A stretch of DNA of 64,000 nucleotides from Octopus vulgaris (GCA_951406725.2 OX597830.1:33356001-33420000); one strand, 5' to 3'. Counted from the stretch's first letter, positions 1-12,764 are shown. Notes: a model not told the origin generated them from the sequence alone. Translations and numbers: made by a program.

Positions 1-352
1 ATGTGTGCATACTATACGTATATAGCCAAAACTTCTCAAATGCTAATGAGGTAACCTCTAAGATATTTCACTAGCTACAAACCATAACTATGTCTCCTTG
101 AAATTACACACTACTGTCTTAAAAAAACAGAAGAATGCATCTGAGAATACCAGTTGGGGTAAACTATACTCAGATGATTCAAAGGAATATGGTCATTACA
201 GGAATGTCTATGCTAATGGGACTGTTAAATGATGGCTGAACTTGAGCTAACATAGTAATACATATACCTCTACATAGTTATATGCTTTTCCCTCTCCATA
301 AATGCAAATATACACATACATATATATATGTATATAAATAGATATATGTATG

Positions 353-432
<80 letters not shown>

Positions 433-591
433 GAATATTAGTAAAAAACACCTTTTATCAATTCAAAATGAACAATTAAATTACACCATCTAGAAAATTA
501 CATATAATAGAAAAGTTAAAATTAAATAACAATTAAAAAGTAAAGATTAAGTAAATTACAAAAATAGTATAATGTATATAATAGGTAGAAA

Positions 592-678
592 AACGACACA
601 TGTTTCGCTGCTATATTTAAGAAATGATTATAGTATTAGAGAAATCACTTGCATATAAATATAGTCGCTCATCAGGTT
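592..678 (-). ncRNA. Hammerhead-ribozyme-like motif, minimal type I (Penelope/retrozyme-like)
   Basis: Minus strand: aac-CTGATGA-gcgactatattta...taaatatagcagc-GAAAC-atgt-GTC-gtt. Core intact, long stem II, stem I only 3 bp. Confidence 0.55.
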
Positions 679-721
679 AAAAATAAAATAGAACAATAAA
701 ATAGTTAATTAATAAATATAC

Positions 722-784
<63 letters not shown>

Positions 785-1004
785 GTACAAAGTAAGATAG
801 GGGTTATGAGGGTAACCCACTATGGGATATCAGTTATCCAATATATTTTCATGGCATTATTTTCATGGTATTATTAATTTGCATATTGATGTATATTGTT
901 TTGTTCGATTTTCATGTTCCTATTTATATAATTAATAAATAATATGAAATTGCAATATATGTAAGTTGATGATCAAAATGAATTTGTTCCTCCATTTTAT
1001 TATT

Positions 1005-1063
<59 letters not shown>

Positions 1064-1387
1064 CAAGAGAAATCTCAGCAAAAAACCAAAGTGTAAAAAA
1101 CAACTTTGGTCTTTTGCTGAGTTTTTTTTCTTGAGAACACATTCTTCATGGAAAATGGTGAGTTGACGTTTATATCTAGCATAACGGCTGTCCACTTTTA
1201 ATGGTCAGTCTTCTAAATTTTATATGTAAAAAATTTTTAATCTTCGGATTTTTTAAAAATATGCTAGGCCACTGGTTTTAATTGATTAATATCAATTTCT
1301 ACCCTTATTTAATTTGATATATATATATATACACACACATATATATATACATACATATATATATATATATGTGTGTGTGTGTGTATG

Positions 1388-1437
<50 letters not shown>

Positions 1438-1475
1438 TATATTTATATATGTATATGTGTATATATATGCATACA

Positions 1476-1632
1476 AGTGGCTGTGTGGTAAGTAGCTTGC
1501 TTATCAACCACATGGTTCTGGGTTCAGTCTCACTGCGTGGCACCTTGGGTAAGTGTCTTCTACTATAGTCTCGGGTTGACCAAATCCTTGTGAGTGGATT
1601 TGATAGACGGAAACTGAAAGAAGCCCGTCGTA
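1476..1632 (+). mobile_element. SINE family A (tRNA-derived, CORE-like domain), 5' half
   Basis: A box TGGCTGTGTGG, B box GGTTCAGTCTC, CORE-like CCTTGGGTAAGTG; ends in the family's internal (TA)n. Confidence 0.85.
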
Positions 1633-1824
1633 TATATATATATATATATACATATATACATAGCAGATCTACTTCTAGCATAATGGCTGTCCACGTAGTA
1701 GTCATCCCTCTTATATGCATGTAGTATAATTTTTCTGAATCTTCAGATTTTTTATATGCTAGACCACTGATTTTAAATTGATATTAATCAAATTAATATT
1801 CAATTTTTCACCCGTATTATTTTA

Positions 1825-1860
<36 letters not shown>

Positions 1861-1863
<3 letters not shown>

Positions 1864-2460
1864 GGTGCGGAGAATAAACTGTCAACTAAATTATGCAAAG
1901 ATGAAAATAACACAGACATCTCATTTTAACAGATATATTTACCAAAATTACATTAAAATATTTTGAAATGCTAAAGAGTAAATTTATTCAATAAAATCGC
2001 TGTGGTCTTCAAGCACAACCTATAGACAACTTTGGAATCTCCTGAAACTCTTCTGGACAGTCTCCTTATTTAAGTTGGTGACTGTTGCCCATAATCCTTG
2101 CCTTCAGTTCATTTTTGGTGCTACAAAGAGTTTTTTTGGTCACTTGCTCAACTGCACCCCATACATAATTATCAAGGGGTTTGCAGTCTGGGGAGTTAGG
2201 TGTCCAAATGTTTGGGGTGATGTGGTTGCAGAAATTGTCTGGCTGCCATGACTGGGTTCTCCTACTTGTGTGGCATGGTGCAGAGACCTGTTGCCAGACA
2301 TAAGGTCTTCCAGCAGCCATCCTCTTGACCCAGGGCAGCACTACCTCCTCCAGGCCCTTGATGTTGGCCTCTGTGTTGAATATGAGGCCATGTGTGAAGA
2401 TGAATGAAGGCATAACATCGCTATCACTAGTGATCACTCCAAACACCATGATGTTGACTG
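1861..2460 (-). mobile_element. Tc1/mariner superfamily relic, maT-type (DD37D) transposase 3' part with terminal repeat
   Basis: ORF 2066-2479 contains VMVFGVI...YVWQQ(V)SAPCH...WTPNSPDCKPLDNYVWG, with 37 residues between the decayed second D and the third D. TA-CAGGGTG terminus at 1861. Confidence 0.85.
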
Positions 2461-2599
2461 TATGTATGTATGCATGCATGTAAGAAATAATTAAGATTCA
2501 GTTGAATTAGATACTTAGGTTGAGGCACCAAGTCAGTTTGGTATTATCTGTGCTGCTTGTAGTAAGGTGAATAAAAAGCAAATAAGTAACAAGAGTGTC

Positions 2600-3350
2600 A
2601 TGGTATAGGGCATTACAGCCGTTCCAGGCAGCTTCATTTAATGTAACAATACAAACATTACATCAATTTGAAATACACCACCTTCCTCAGAACCATAAGA
2701 CCATATAGGTTATCAACAGACAGGATGCTGTTATAATTATAATTTTTTTAGAAAATTTTCCATCAGAGCTAGAGAATAAAAGAATTACATGCTTGTTGCT
2801 ATTTCTGTAGCAGAATTAACATTGGGAGAAAATAACCTTACTATAGTTTGGAGTGGCAGAAAATAATAACAATGAAGGTCAAGAGATGGTAATATAACTA
2901 CATTTATCTATCTCCTTATCACAATCAAAAGATCTAATGCAGCTTGTATTCTACATCCACTTAGAATAAAAACCTCTGGGAATTGACAGTTAAGTTCTAG
3001 CTGCCAGTGACAAATTATTAAATGTCAGATACTCTTCTCTACTCCTATTTTACTGTGGCTATAAATTCGCAATGACTACATAAAGGAACAGGTCTCAGAA
3101 TATGTTAGGAAGATAATGGTATATATCCAGAAAGGGGGAGGGTAGGGGTGACATAAGCTATATTATTATTATCATTATTATATTCTCTACTTCTGATGAA
3201 AAATTTGCTAAAAAAAATTATAATGGAGTATCCTGTATGTTGAAAACCTATATAGTCTTATGCGTCCGAGGAAGGCAGCGTATTTCAAATTGATGTAATG
3301 CTTGCATTGATCAATTAAAAGGAGCCACCTTGAATGGCCGTAATGCAATA
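2600..3350. mobile_element. Element with ~150 bp inverted arms, each carrying a degenerate hammerhead-like motif
   Basis: 2609-2694 (-) and 3261-3347 (+) are diverged copies of CYGAGGA-aggyrg...cct-(GAAAC-like)-ggcy-GTA-atgc; homology extends inward to about 2760 and 3190. Confidence 0.55.
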
Positions 3351-3432
3351 ATACCTGGACATCCCTGTTACTTATTTGCTTTTCATATATGTATATATGT
3401 AGATATATGTTTATGTATATATATACTACTAC

Positions 3433-3840
3433 TCTCTTTTTACTCTTTTACTTGTTTCAGTCAATTTGACTGTGGCCATGCTGGAGCACTGCCTTTAGTC
3501 GAGCAAACCGACCCCAGGACTTATTCTTTGTAAGCCTAGTACTTATTCTATCGGTCTCTCATGCCAAACCGCTAAGTTACAGGGACATAAACACATCAGC
3601 ATCGGTTGTCAAACGATTTTTTTGGGAGGTGGGACAAACACAGACACCCAAACATACACACACACACATATATATATATATATACATATATACGTTGGGG
3701 TTCTTTCAGTTTCCATCTACCAAATCCACTCACAAGGCTTTGATCAGCCCGAGGCTATAGTAGAAGACACTTGCACAAGGTGCCACACAGTGGAACTGAA
3801 GCCAGAACCATGTGGTTGGTAAGCAAGCTACTTACCACAC
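3433..3840 (-). mobile_element. SINE family A, near full length
   Basis: Reverse complement of head, CORE-like body, internal microsatellite and ...GACTGAAACAAGTAAAAGAG tail. Confidence 0.9.
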
Positions 3841-4044
3841 ATTCAATCCTACTAATTATAATCTACGCCTGTTTCTACAAATCACTTGTTCCTTACAATC
3901 ATAGTCCGTATTCCTAGGATGATTACAGCTCAGTCTGCAGTATCTATTGATATTGGGTGGATCATATTCATGTGGTCATTTCCTCAGGCAATATGGCATT
4001 AACACTGGAACCAATGAATGCTTAACTAAAGGTTGTTTATCAAT

Positions 4045-4340
4045 TTAACCAATGAAAAAGTTGATTGGGGCATGTGGACAGTTCTGTGTGTATTTGGTGG
4101 TTGGAGTAAAAGGTGGAAAAGAGAAAGGAATGGTGGTTATAAAGGAGAGTGCAGTGTGTGTGATGATGTTAGACCTATTTTGATATTTTTTCTGTATGCA
4201 GGTGTCAAGATGGCTGGTATAGTTCATTGGGTTGACCTTAGTCACAGTAGGTGCCTCCTCAATGATTTCAGATGTAGTAGAGTCAGCAAGTACAGCTGTT
4301 CTGTTGTTGAAGTCCATTGTCTGAATTGACAAATGATGTT
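4045..4340 (-). pseudogene. Possible decayed Penelope-like GIY-YIG C-terminal fragment
   Basis: MDFNNRTAVLADSTTSEIIEEA loosely resembles the DF.N..VLA...EA..I segment of Penelope endonucleases; weak. Confidence 0.2.
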
Positions 4341-4658
4341 CTCTTAAAATGTCCTTTTAAATACTTTTGGTGGTCACCAAATGTAATTAAGCAATTAAAA
4401 GGGACTGTTTCTTCTGTAGTCCTGGGTTAATCAATGCCTTGCCTGTAACTGTTCAAGACTGTCATGTGTGTGCATGCATGAGAGAAAGAGAGAGAGAGAG
4501 TGATGGAGGGCGAGAGAAAGAAAGAGAGAGAGTGATGGAGGGTGAGAGAAAGAGAGAGAGAGTAGGGTGAGGAATTTTCACACAAACAGAGAAACAGAAC
4601 TCAGTGTACATTAATTAGGGTGTATATCAGTGATTCTTAACCACACAGCCATGCCTGC

Positions 4659-4709
<51 letters not shown>

Positions 4710-4710
<1 letters not shown>

Positions 4711-4977
4711 ACAAAATAATATATAAAGCATATGCATATATACATACATATATGTACATACCAACATCTACATGTATATATATATATGCATATATGGATA
4801 CAGGACACCAACAAAAACGTTGAACACAATGAGAAATGAAAAACATAAAAACAAAACATGGAAACGGAATTTTTTTCAAACAACGAAAATACAGAGTACA
4901 AGATATACAACACAAGGAATATTCCCCTCCTTCAGTTGCCCCTATTTCGGTTACTCCACGTTCCGAAGGTAAGGACA

Positions 4978-5026
<49 letters not shown>

Positions 5027-5640
5027 AATTAATAAATAAAACATATGCATATATACATACATATATGTATGTACCTACATCTACATGTATATATACATGC
5101 ATATATGGGTACAGGACACCAAAAAAACGTCGAACACAATGAGAAACGAAAACATAAACACCTCTCGTTTGGCTTAACAGCCCTTGTTGTTTGTGTTACT
5201 GTTATTCTCCTTGCCCTGTCTTTTACTGTTTATAATTTGTACTGTCTTTACTGTCCTGTTTTTGTTACCATTTTTACCCCTCCGCAAAAAAATCTCAAAT
5301 TTTATTTAATTTGCTTTTTGCGGGAAGGAATGTTTCACCGAAGTCGTGTCTCGCCTTGACCTTCGAAACGCGGAGTAGATGAAACAGAGGCGACTGAAGA
5401 AGGGGAATTTTCCTTGTGTTGTTTGTCCTGTACTCTATTTTTTCGTTGTTTAAGAAAAATGTCCATTTCTTTGGTTTTGTGTTTATGTTTTCGTTTCTCA
5501 TTGTGTTTGACGTTTTTTGGTGTCTTGTAATCATATATGCATGTATATATACATGTAGATGTAGGTACATACATATATGTATGCATATATGCATATGTTT
5601 TATTTATTAATTTGTTATTATATGACGGAACACACGCATC
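4710..5640. mobile_element. Foldback/tandem repeat element (Penelope-like pseudo-LTR architecture)
   Basis: 4710-4980 and 5025-5160 are direct copies, both inverted relative to 5345-5615. Related segments at about 18400-18630 and 41950-42110. Confidence 0.65.
5325..5415 (+). ncRNA. Hammerhead-like motif in type II topology (degenerate)
   Basis: aaggaatgtttcacc-GAAG-tcgt-GTC-tcgcct-[31 nt]-aggcga-CTGAAGA-aggggaattttcctt. Stem I closed (6 bp), stem II open (12 of 15 positions pair). Confidence 0.4.
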
Positions 5641-5665
5641 CATTTCTAAGTAAGTTGGTTCTATA

Positions 5666-5697
<32 letters not shown>

Positions 5698-6073
5698 CCA
5701 CAGGATTCTTTCAGTTTCCGTCTATCACATCCATTTACAAGGCTTTGGTCGACCCAAGGCTATAGTAGAAGACACTTGCCCAAGGTGTCACACAGTGGGA
5801 CTGAACCCAGAACCATGTGATTGGGAAGCAAGCTTCTTACTGCACAGCCACTCCTGCTCATATATATATATATATATATGAGTGTGTCTGTGTTTGTCCC
5901 CACCACCATCACTTGACAACCGATGTTAGTGTGTTTACATCCCTGTCACTTAGCAGTTTGGCAAAAAAGGACCGATAGAATAAATCCTAGGCTTACAAAA
6001 ATGAGTCGGCTATAGGTGGTGCTCCAGCATGGCCACAGCCAAATGACTGAAACAAATAAAAGAGTAAAAGAGT
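5698..6073. mobile_element. SINE family A halves in opposite orientation (5' half minus, 3' half plus)
   Basis: 5698-5858 is the reverse head; 5880-6073 is the forward tail; they are joined by (TA)n. Confidence 0.8.
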
Positions 6074-6319
6074 ACATATAACCGTACATAAGTATACACA
6101 CACACACACACAATTTTCCTCGGAGCTGTCATGCTATTCCCAGTAATCTCTCCCAAAGGCAGAGACTTGTGCAATATAAACAGCATTTAAACTCATAATG
6201 ATATCATCAATAAATCTGCCCCTTAACCCTTTAAACATTTAAACAGCTATATCCAGCACAAATATTTTACCTGTTTTATCTTCTGAGATAAGAAATGAAG
6301 AGAAGGCAAAAGGGAAAGA

Positions 6320-6660
6320 GTGAAGGCACATGGTTCAGTGGTTAGAGCATTGGGCTGATAATCAGGAGGTAGTGAGTCTGATTCCTGGACCAGGCGGTGT
6401 GTTATGTTCTTGAGCAAGACACTTTATTTCACATTCCTCCAGTTCACTCAGCTATAGAAATGCGTTTTGATGTCACTGGTGCCAAGCTGTATCAGCCTTT
6501 GCCTTTCCCTTGGATAACACTAGAGACGTGGAGAAGAGAGGCTGGTATGCATGTGTGACTGCCAGTCTTATATAAACAACCATGCCAGGACTTGTGCTTC
6601 AGAGGGGATCTTTCTAGGTGCAATCCCAGGGTCATTCATGACCAAAGGGGATCTTTGCCC
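6320..6660 (+). mobile_element. SINE family D (tRNA head, CORE-like TTGAGCAAGACACTT)
   Basis: A box TGGTTCAGTGG, B-box-like GTCTGATTCC; homologous to 12031-12360 (-). Confidence 0.8.
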
Positions 6661-8256
6661 TTTTGCCTTTATTTAAAGAAAAATGTGTTTGATATTTCAT
6701 CGGTACTGGAGCTGGTGAGACTGTAAAATTAATGGATGTAGCAGAAGAAAATAGAGAACTATGGCAATTGTGGAAGATAATCTACTAAAATATTTTGTTC
6801 CCCAGTTTAGAAACATCTTAGTTGTATTCAGCATAAAATAAATGCAGATACTTATGTGTGGACATGCATGCATGTATGTATACACATTTGCATGTGACAA
6901 CCTAAAAATACTCACATGTAATAATATCCATGTTGTTACACATGCATATGTGCATATATACACGCATAACTATCCTGTTGATGTTCTTTGAATTTTGGAG
7001 AAAGAGCCTTATATTTGGGCAAGAAATCATCTCTAAGCAAAAGAAAATCGGAACATGAATGTTTTTTATGGTACACCACTTCAAAACCAGTGTTTGTTTG
7101 TTTATGTCTGTGTAACTTAGAGGTCCAAGCAAAATAGAGACCATTAGAATAAATGCACAACTTTAAGAAAAAGCAAATAAATACTGAAGTTTGTTTAATC
7201 AACTAAACTCAGCTTGGTTGCAATCCAATAGCTAAAACCAGTAGCAGAGTAAAAGGATGTGTGTGTGCGTGCGTGTAAACTTACATACATACATATATCA
7301 TCATCGTCGTCATCATCATCATTTAACATACACACAAACACACACACATACATATATGTATGTGTATATATACATACATATATATATATATATATACGTA
7401 TATATATACATATACATATATATATATATATACATACATGTATATATACATATATATATACATATATATAGACAGATATACATATATATAGACACACATA
7501 TTTGTATATAACTTTAATGCAATTTAATGTACATATGCTGCAATGTATTATCTGAAGTTAAACCTTAGAGACATTGTGTTTGTTGTTTTTACCAGTATCA
7601 AGAGTATCAACATCATCATCATCATCATCATCGTCGTCGTCGTCGTCGTCGTCGTCGTCATCACCATCATCACCACTGTCATCGTAAAAAGACTTGAAAC
7701 TTAAATATGTATTGTAGCTTGGCTAATAAGCTTTGTAGATAAAGTAAACAAAACGATAAGCTTCTATTTATTATATTATATGCAGAAAAACATTGTTCTT
7801 AACAAACCAGAAAAAAAAAATTAGACCCTAACCAAATATAGCAATTTAGTTGTAACATCTCAATGTAAAATGAAATGTTATACTGATCAATGTACACAGT
7901 CTGTTACAGAAATAAGTTATCTTAGTTACTCAGGAATGCAATGGGCTAGAAAATACAAAAATACAACCGAATTTATTCGAGGATAAATTATTAATATTGA
8001 CAAGTAGGGTTGTGTTCAATATATGTTCCTATTACATAAGTGGCAGAAATTTCTGACCCAAAATTAACTTAAAAAAAAAAAAAATTAACAAATGAAATTA
8101 ATGGAAATTTTTGCTCTGTGTAAATGGGATAATGTTTCATCGCACCTAAAGCCATGAGATTCTAGAATTGTCTTACTCGTGATTACTGAAATGAACTAAA
8201 GACCTCATATGTGGTAAGTATTAGAATTCTTTTAGCATTTTTATAGTTAAAAAAAA

Positions 8257-8336
8257 TTAAATCTATTATAGTCAATGATATCTAAAGTGCTCTAGTAACA
8301 GAGCACTTTAGATATCATTGACTATAATAGATTTAA
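8257..8336. repeat. Perfect 37-bp-arm hairpin
   Basis: ttaaatctattatagtcaatgatatctaaagtgctct-agtaac-exact reverse complement. Confidence 0.95.
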
Positions 8337-8350
8337 CACCACATTGGTGG

Positions 8351-8546
8351 ATATATAATTTCTTTATTTGTGAATTAAGGCTACCGCTGGTTTCATGTTA
8401 AGAAGACTGGAAAAATATCTTAGTGTTTTGAGCACCTTTCTCCATGTGATCGGCTTGAAAATTTGTTATGACACTAAGATATTTTCTTATTCTTCTTAAC
8501 ATGAAACCAATGGTAGCCTTAATTCACATATAAAGAAATTATATAT
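8351..8546. mobile_element. Foldback MITE-like element
   Basis: About 75 bp imperfect inverted arms (atatataatttctttat...cttagtgt / acactaag...ataaagaaattatatat) with TA-rich ends. Confidence 0.75.
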
Positions 8547-8860
8547 CATTATCATCATCATCATCTTCATCATTTAACGTCCGTTGTCCATGCTGGCATG
8601 GGTTGGACAGTTTGAACACGCTGCAGGAAGGCTGGAAGGCTGCATCAGACCTGATTTGACATGGTTTTCTACAGCTGGATGCTCTTCCTAATGCCAACCA
8701 CTCCAAGAGTGTAACGGGTGCTTTTTATGTGCCACCGGCACTGGTGCTATTTGCATGACATCGATATCTGCCATGACTGTGATTTTGCTTGACTTGATGG
8801 GTCTTCTTCTCAATCATGACATAATACCAGAGGTCTCAGTCATTGTTTCCATGAGGCCCA
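8547..8860 (-). mobile_element. Retroposon family E (RTE-associated, (GAT)n tail)
   Basis: Reverse of GGTTGGCATTAGGAAG(A/G)GCATCCAGCTGTAGAAA...CCAACCCATGCCAGCATGGA...GACGTTAAATGATGATGAT. Confidence 0.8.
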
Positions 8861-8905
<45 letters not shown>

Positions 8906-9063
8906 CATACATATATATATATACAAGTTGTACTTCACTCACATCCACATGTTTGCTCTTATTCTTACTCCTATTCTATATCTGCCCTTTTTAAAAAAGA
9001 CAAACACACTGTACCTACAGCTAACTGACTCTTATATGTATTAGCCTTCCCAACCACTAAGAC

Positions 9064-9188
9064 TCCTCTGAAGAAGCCTAGAGGCACATTCATCATCCAA
9101 ACTTTATCTGCCCATCCCTACAGCACACAGAAGAGATGGAGATGGCATGGAAGATTTCGTTGCCTCTTGGCAGAAACGTCCGTAAGGA
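9064..9188 (+). ncRNA. Hammerhead-ribozyme-like motif, type I with extended stem II
   Basis: tcct-CTGAAGA-agcctagaggca...tgcctcttggca-GAAAC-gtcc-GTA-agga. Confidence 0.6.
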
Positions 9189-9574
9189 ACTAGCACATAC
9201 TGACAATCTGATCTTTTGCTCTTTTCTGTAGTATTAGTACATGTGTACGTAATACATGGTTAATACATGTGTATGTATTCATCTAATACATTCTAATACA
9301 TTGGAATAAATAGACATACTAGAATGTCTACCAGCTGATGTTTGTCGTTTTTGTATCCTCTCCATTTTCTTATTTGTCGTATAAATTAGGGGTAAACCAC
9401 TTTTTACTCCCACCCATATATGACACTCAATTGCAAGCTTGCTACACAATAACTAGCACTTGGGTATGAATAATTGGGTACACTACCAGCAGTATATTGG
9501 AAAGGCACTATCCCTTAGTCGGTTGGTTTTCCAACTTCTAACTCACACAGGAATATATATATATATATATATAT

Positions 9575-9667
9575 TGCCGCCTTCTGGCTTCCCAGATCCC
9601 CGGTCGAACCGTCCAACCCATGCTAGCATGGAGAACAGACGTTAAACGATGATGATGATGATGATGA

Positions 9668-9742
<75 letters not shown>

Positions 9743-9949
9743 CACACATATACATCATCATCGTTTAATGTCCATTGTCTATGCTGGCATTGGTTGGACG
9801 GTTTGAACAGAGCTGGCCAGCTGGGGGACTGCACCAGTTTGTTCATTTGCTGGTGAGATAACTCTAAGTGGGACATTCATGCTGTGGGACTGAACCTGAG
9901 ACCATGTTGTTGACAAACAAGCTACTTACCACACAGCCACTCCTGCACC

Positions 9950-9981
<32 letters not shown>

Positions 9982-10240
9982 TTTTGCTACCATGAAAAAG
10001 GCACCTGGTATGCTCTGTATAGTGGTTGGCATTATGTAGGGCATTCAGCCATAGAAGCCATGCCAAAGAAGATGATAGAGACCAACACAGCCCTCAGGCT
10101 AACTCGGATCGTGTCAAGCTATCTGACCCATGCTAGCATAGAACAAGAACAGCAGGTAAACAATGATAGTGATAATGACATTAACGATGACGACGATGAC
10201 AACAATGATGATGATGACGATGATGATGATGATGATGGAT
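9575..10240. mobile_element. Cluster of family E fragments (both strands) plus a SINE A head fragment
   Basis: E tail + at 9575-9670, E - at 9755-9840, A head - at 9885-9950, E + at 10000-10240. Confidence 0.7.
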
Positions 10241-11717
10241 ATGTATTATATATGCATGTATTACTTTATAATGGTAAGATTTTTGTTCTGTAGAACACTG
10301 ATGGGATTCATACAAGTCAAGCGCTTACATGACAGATTTGATTCCAAGTTTCACTATTTCACAACTCTTCCTCTCTTATCTTCAGTTGTATAGGGGTAGT
10401 GATGGCAGTGGTAGTGGTGTGGTGGTGGTGGTGGTGGGGTGATATTGACCCCCCTATCAATTTAGTACTCCTTTCATGTGCATACTATGTCAAAGAAAAT
10501 TTTCTGGTGACAACCATACATAAAGCATAATAAGGTCTACTCTGTTTTCCTCTTCTCACTTTCCTTATATGGATACATGGAATTCAATATACATCAAAAT
10601 CCAAACGTTGTTTATTTTAATTCAAGGTCCTAGTTAATTTCCATTTGGGTATGTCTCTGTAAGCGTGAATGTATATATATATGTCTGTTGAATACGGCCA
10701 GCTTTTCTAGCTAAGTGCAATTTCAGCTTAGACTGAATGCTTGCCACTGGTGAAAGCATATTTATCTAAGCTCTATGTAGGTACCAATTATAAATTTCTG
10801 TGATGCATTCAGTCAGATTTAACATACAGTATTAGAAAAAAGTAAAGTGTTAAGGAAATGGATAAAACTGTAAGATGTGTCATGGAATGAATGACAAAGT
10901 GAGAATAATGAGGTTTCCCTAAAAAAAGTGAAGTGTGTTTGTAAAAGCTAAGATAATGTGTGAGTGGTTAGGTGGACAAGGAAAAGACAAGACAGAACAT
11001 GTAGGTAGTTACTCTAACAAATATATGCGTTTTCACAAAAATAATTGTACATGATCTCACATTTACATATACATACATACAAAAATTAATTTACATAAAC
11101 TTACATACAAACACCTGTATACATACTCAGACAGCCAATCAAACTAGACTAAAACTGATTAACAAACAACATTAGAAGTAACTCATATCTATCTACCTAT
11201 CTACCTATCTATCAGTCTATCTATCTATCTATGTATATATCGATCTATCTATCTATCTGCACAAGTAAACATTTGCCTGTGTGAACAATTATACATAGAT
11301 GAAGCATATTTGCAAGCATTCATATACACCTTGAAAGAAACAAGCATGGAAAGAAATCCATAGACACTTTTATTTAAGATATTCTTTAAAATATATGACA
11401 GTCACTAAAAAACAAACAAAAAATCCCCAACAAAACGAAATGTTTAATTCCTAAATGAGTTCCTTCTAATAAGCAAAGTTTGATTTAAATGTCAATTGTA
11501 GAAATTTCTTTAATGTTTTATTAAAGTATTTTACTGCAAAAATCCTTGATTGATTGATAGGTTTTCAAATGGGATTTCTGCCTTGAGGACATGAGTTCAT
11601 GTTAGCCCACAGCTATTGCTAAATTGGTCATTACTTTTTATTACACATGTGAGTAAGCATCTATCTGTGTATTATTGCAAAAGTCTTTTTTTTTTCCTTC
11701 CTGTAAATCCTCACCTT

Positions 11718-11850
11718 CATTATCATCATTATCATTCGATGTCCACTTTTCCATGCATGCACAGGTCAGAAAGAATTCAGTGAGACAGGCCTTTCTTTAG
11801 CCAGATGCCTTTGCTGTCAGCATCACTCACCTGTTTCCAAGCAAAAGAAG
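11718..11850 (-). mobile_element. Family E, diverged
   Basis: (CAT)n-tcgatgtccacttttccatgcatgc...gccagatgcc. Confidence 0.55.
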
Positions 11851-12030
11851 GTAATATATTTTAATGGCTAGAAACAAACAGCATCACTTGACAGTGATGC
11901 TCACACACACACACACACATACACACACACATGTAGGAGAGTTTGATTGGTTCAATTGCTAAAGGGTCGGACAAATGCCTTGCATGTTTGTTCTGGCTGT
12001 TAGCTTTATGGGGTCAATAATATTAAAAAG

Positions 12031-12360
12031 GACCCCCTTCAGTCATAAATCACTGAAAGTTCTAGAAAGTTCCCCTCTGAGGCACAAGTCCGGGCAAGGT
12101 TGTTTATGGAAAACCAGCAGTCAACCTTGCATACCAACCTCGCCTCTCCACACCACCAATGTTATCCAAGGGAATAATGGTAAAGGCTGATATAGCTTGG
12201 CACCAGTGATGTCACAAACCATTTCTACAGCTGAGTGAATTGGAGCAACGTTAAGTAAAGTGTCTTGCTCAAGAACACCAAACACAGCTCAATCCAGGAA
12301 TCGAACTCTCAACGTCATGATTGTGAGCCCATTGCTTTAACCACTGAGCCATGCACCTTC
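12031..12360 (-). mobile_element. SINE family D, full length
   Basis: Reverse-complement homologue of 6320-6660 with A and B boxes at 12290-12355. Confidence 0.8.
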
Positions 12361-12608
12361 ATACAGTCAATAATATATAATATAAAATACCATTCTGTTC
12401 CTGCTCTCTCTCTGTCCTCTCCCCGGATCGGCTGTGCTGCTCAATAAAAAGGAGCTCATGAAGAACTCATATTGTCTGATTACCACTTTCTCTCTGCTGC
12501 AGTAGAAAAAATATATGGTTGCCAAATCTCTGGAAGAATATGCCACATGATGGCCATGATATATGTATATGTATATGTATATGTATATATGTATTTGTCT
12601 AAAGCCAG

Positions 12609-12651
<43 letters not shown>

Positions 12652-12764
12652 CATACATACATACATACATACATACATACATACATACATACATACATAC
12701 ATACATGAATATATATATATATATGTGCATGTGTGTGTGTGTATGATGATAGCTGTCCCATCAA

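Noticed and set aside
3190-3260. CTGATGA...GAAA at 3194-3245 as a further hammerhead
   Set aside because: No convincing stem II or stem III pairing.
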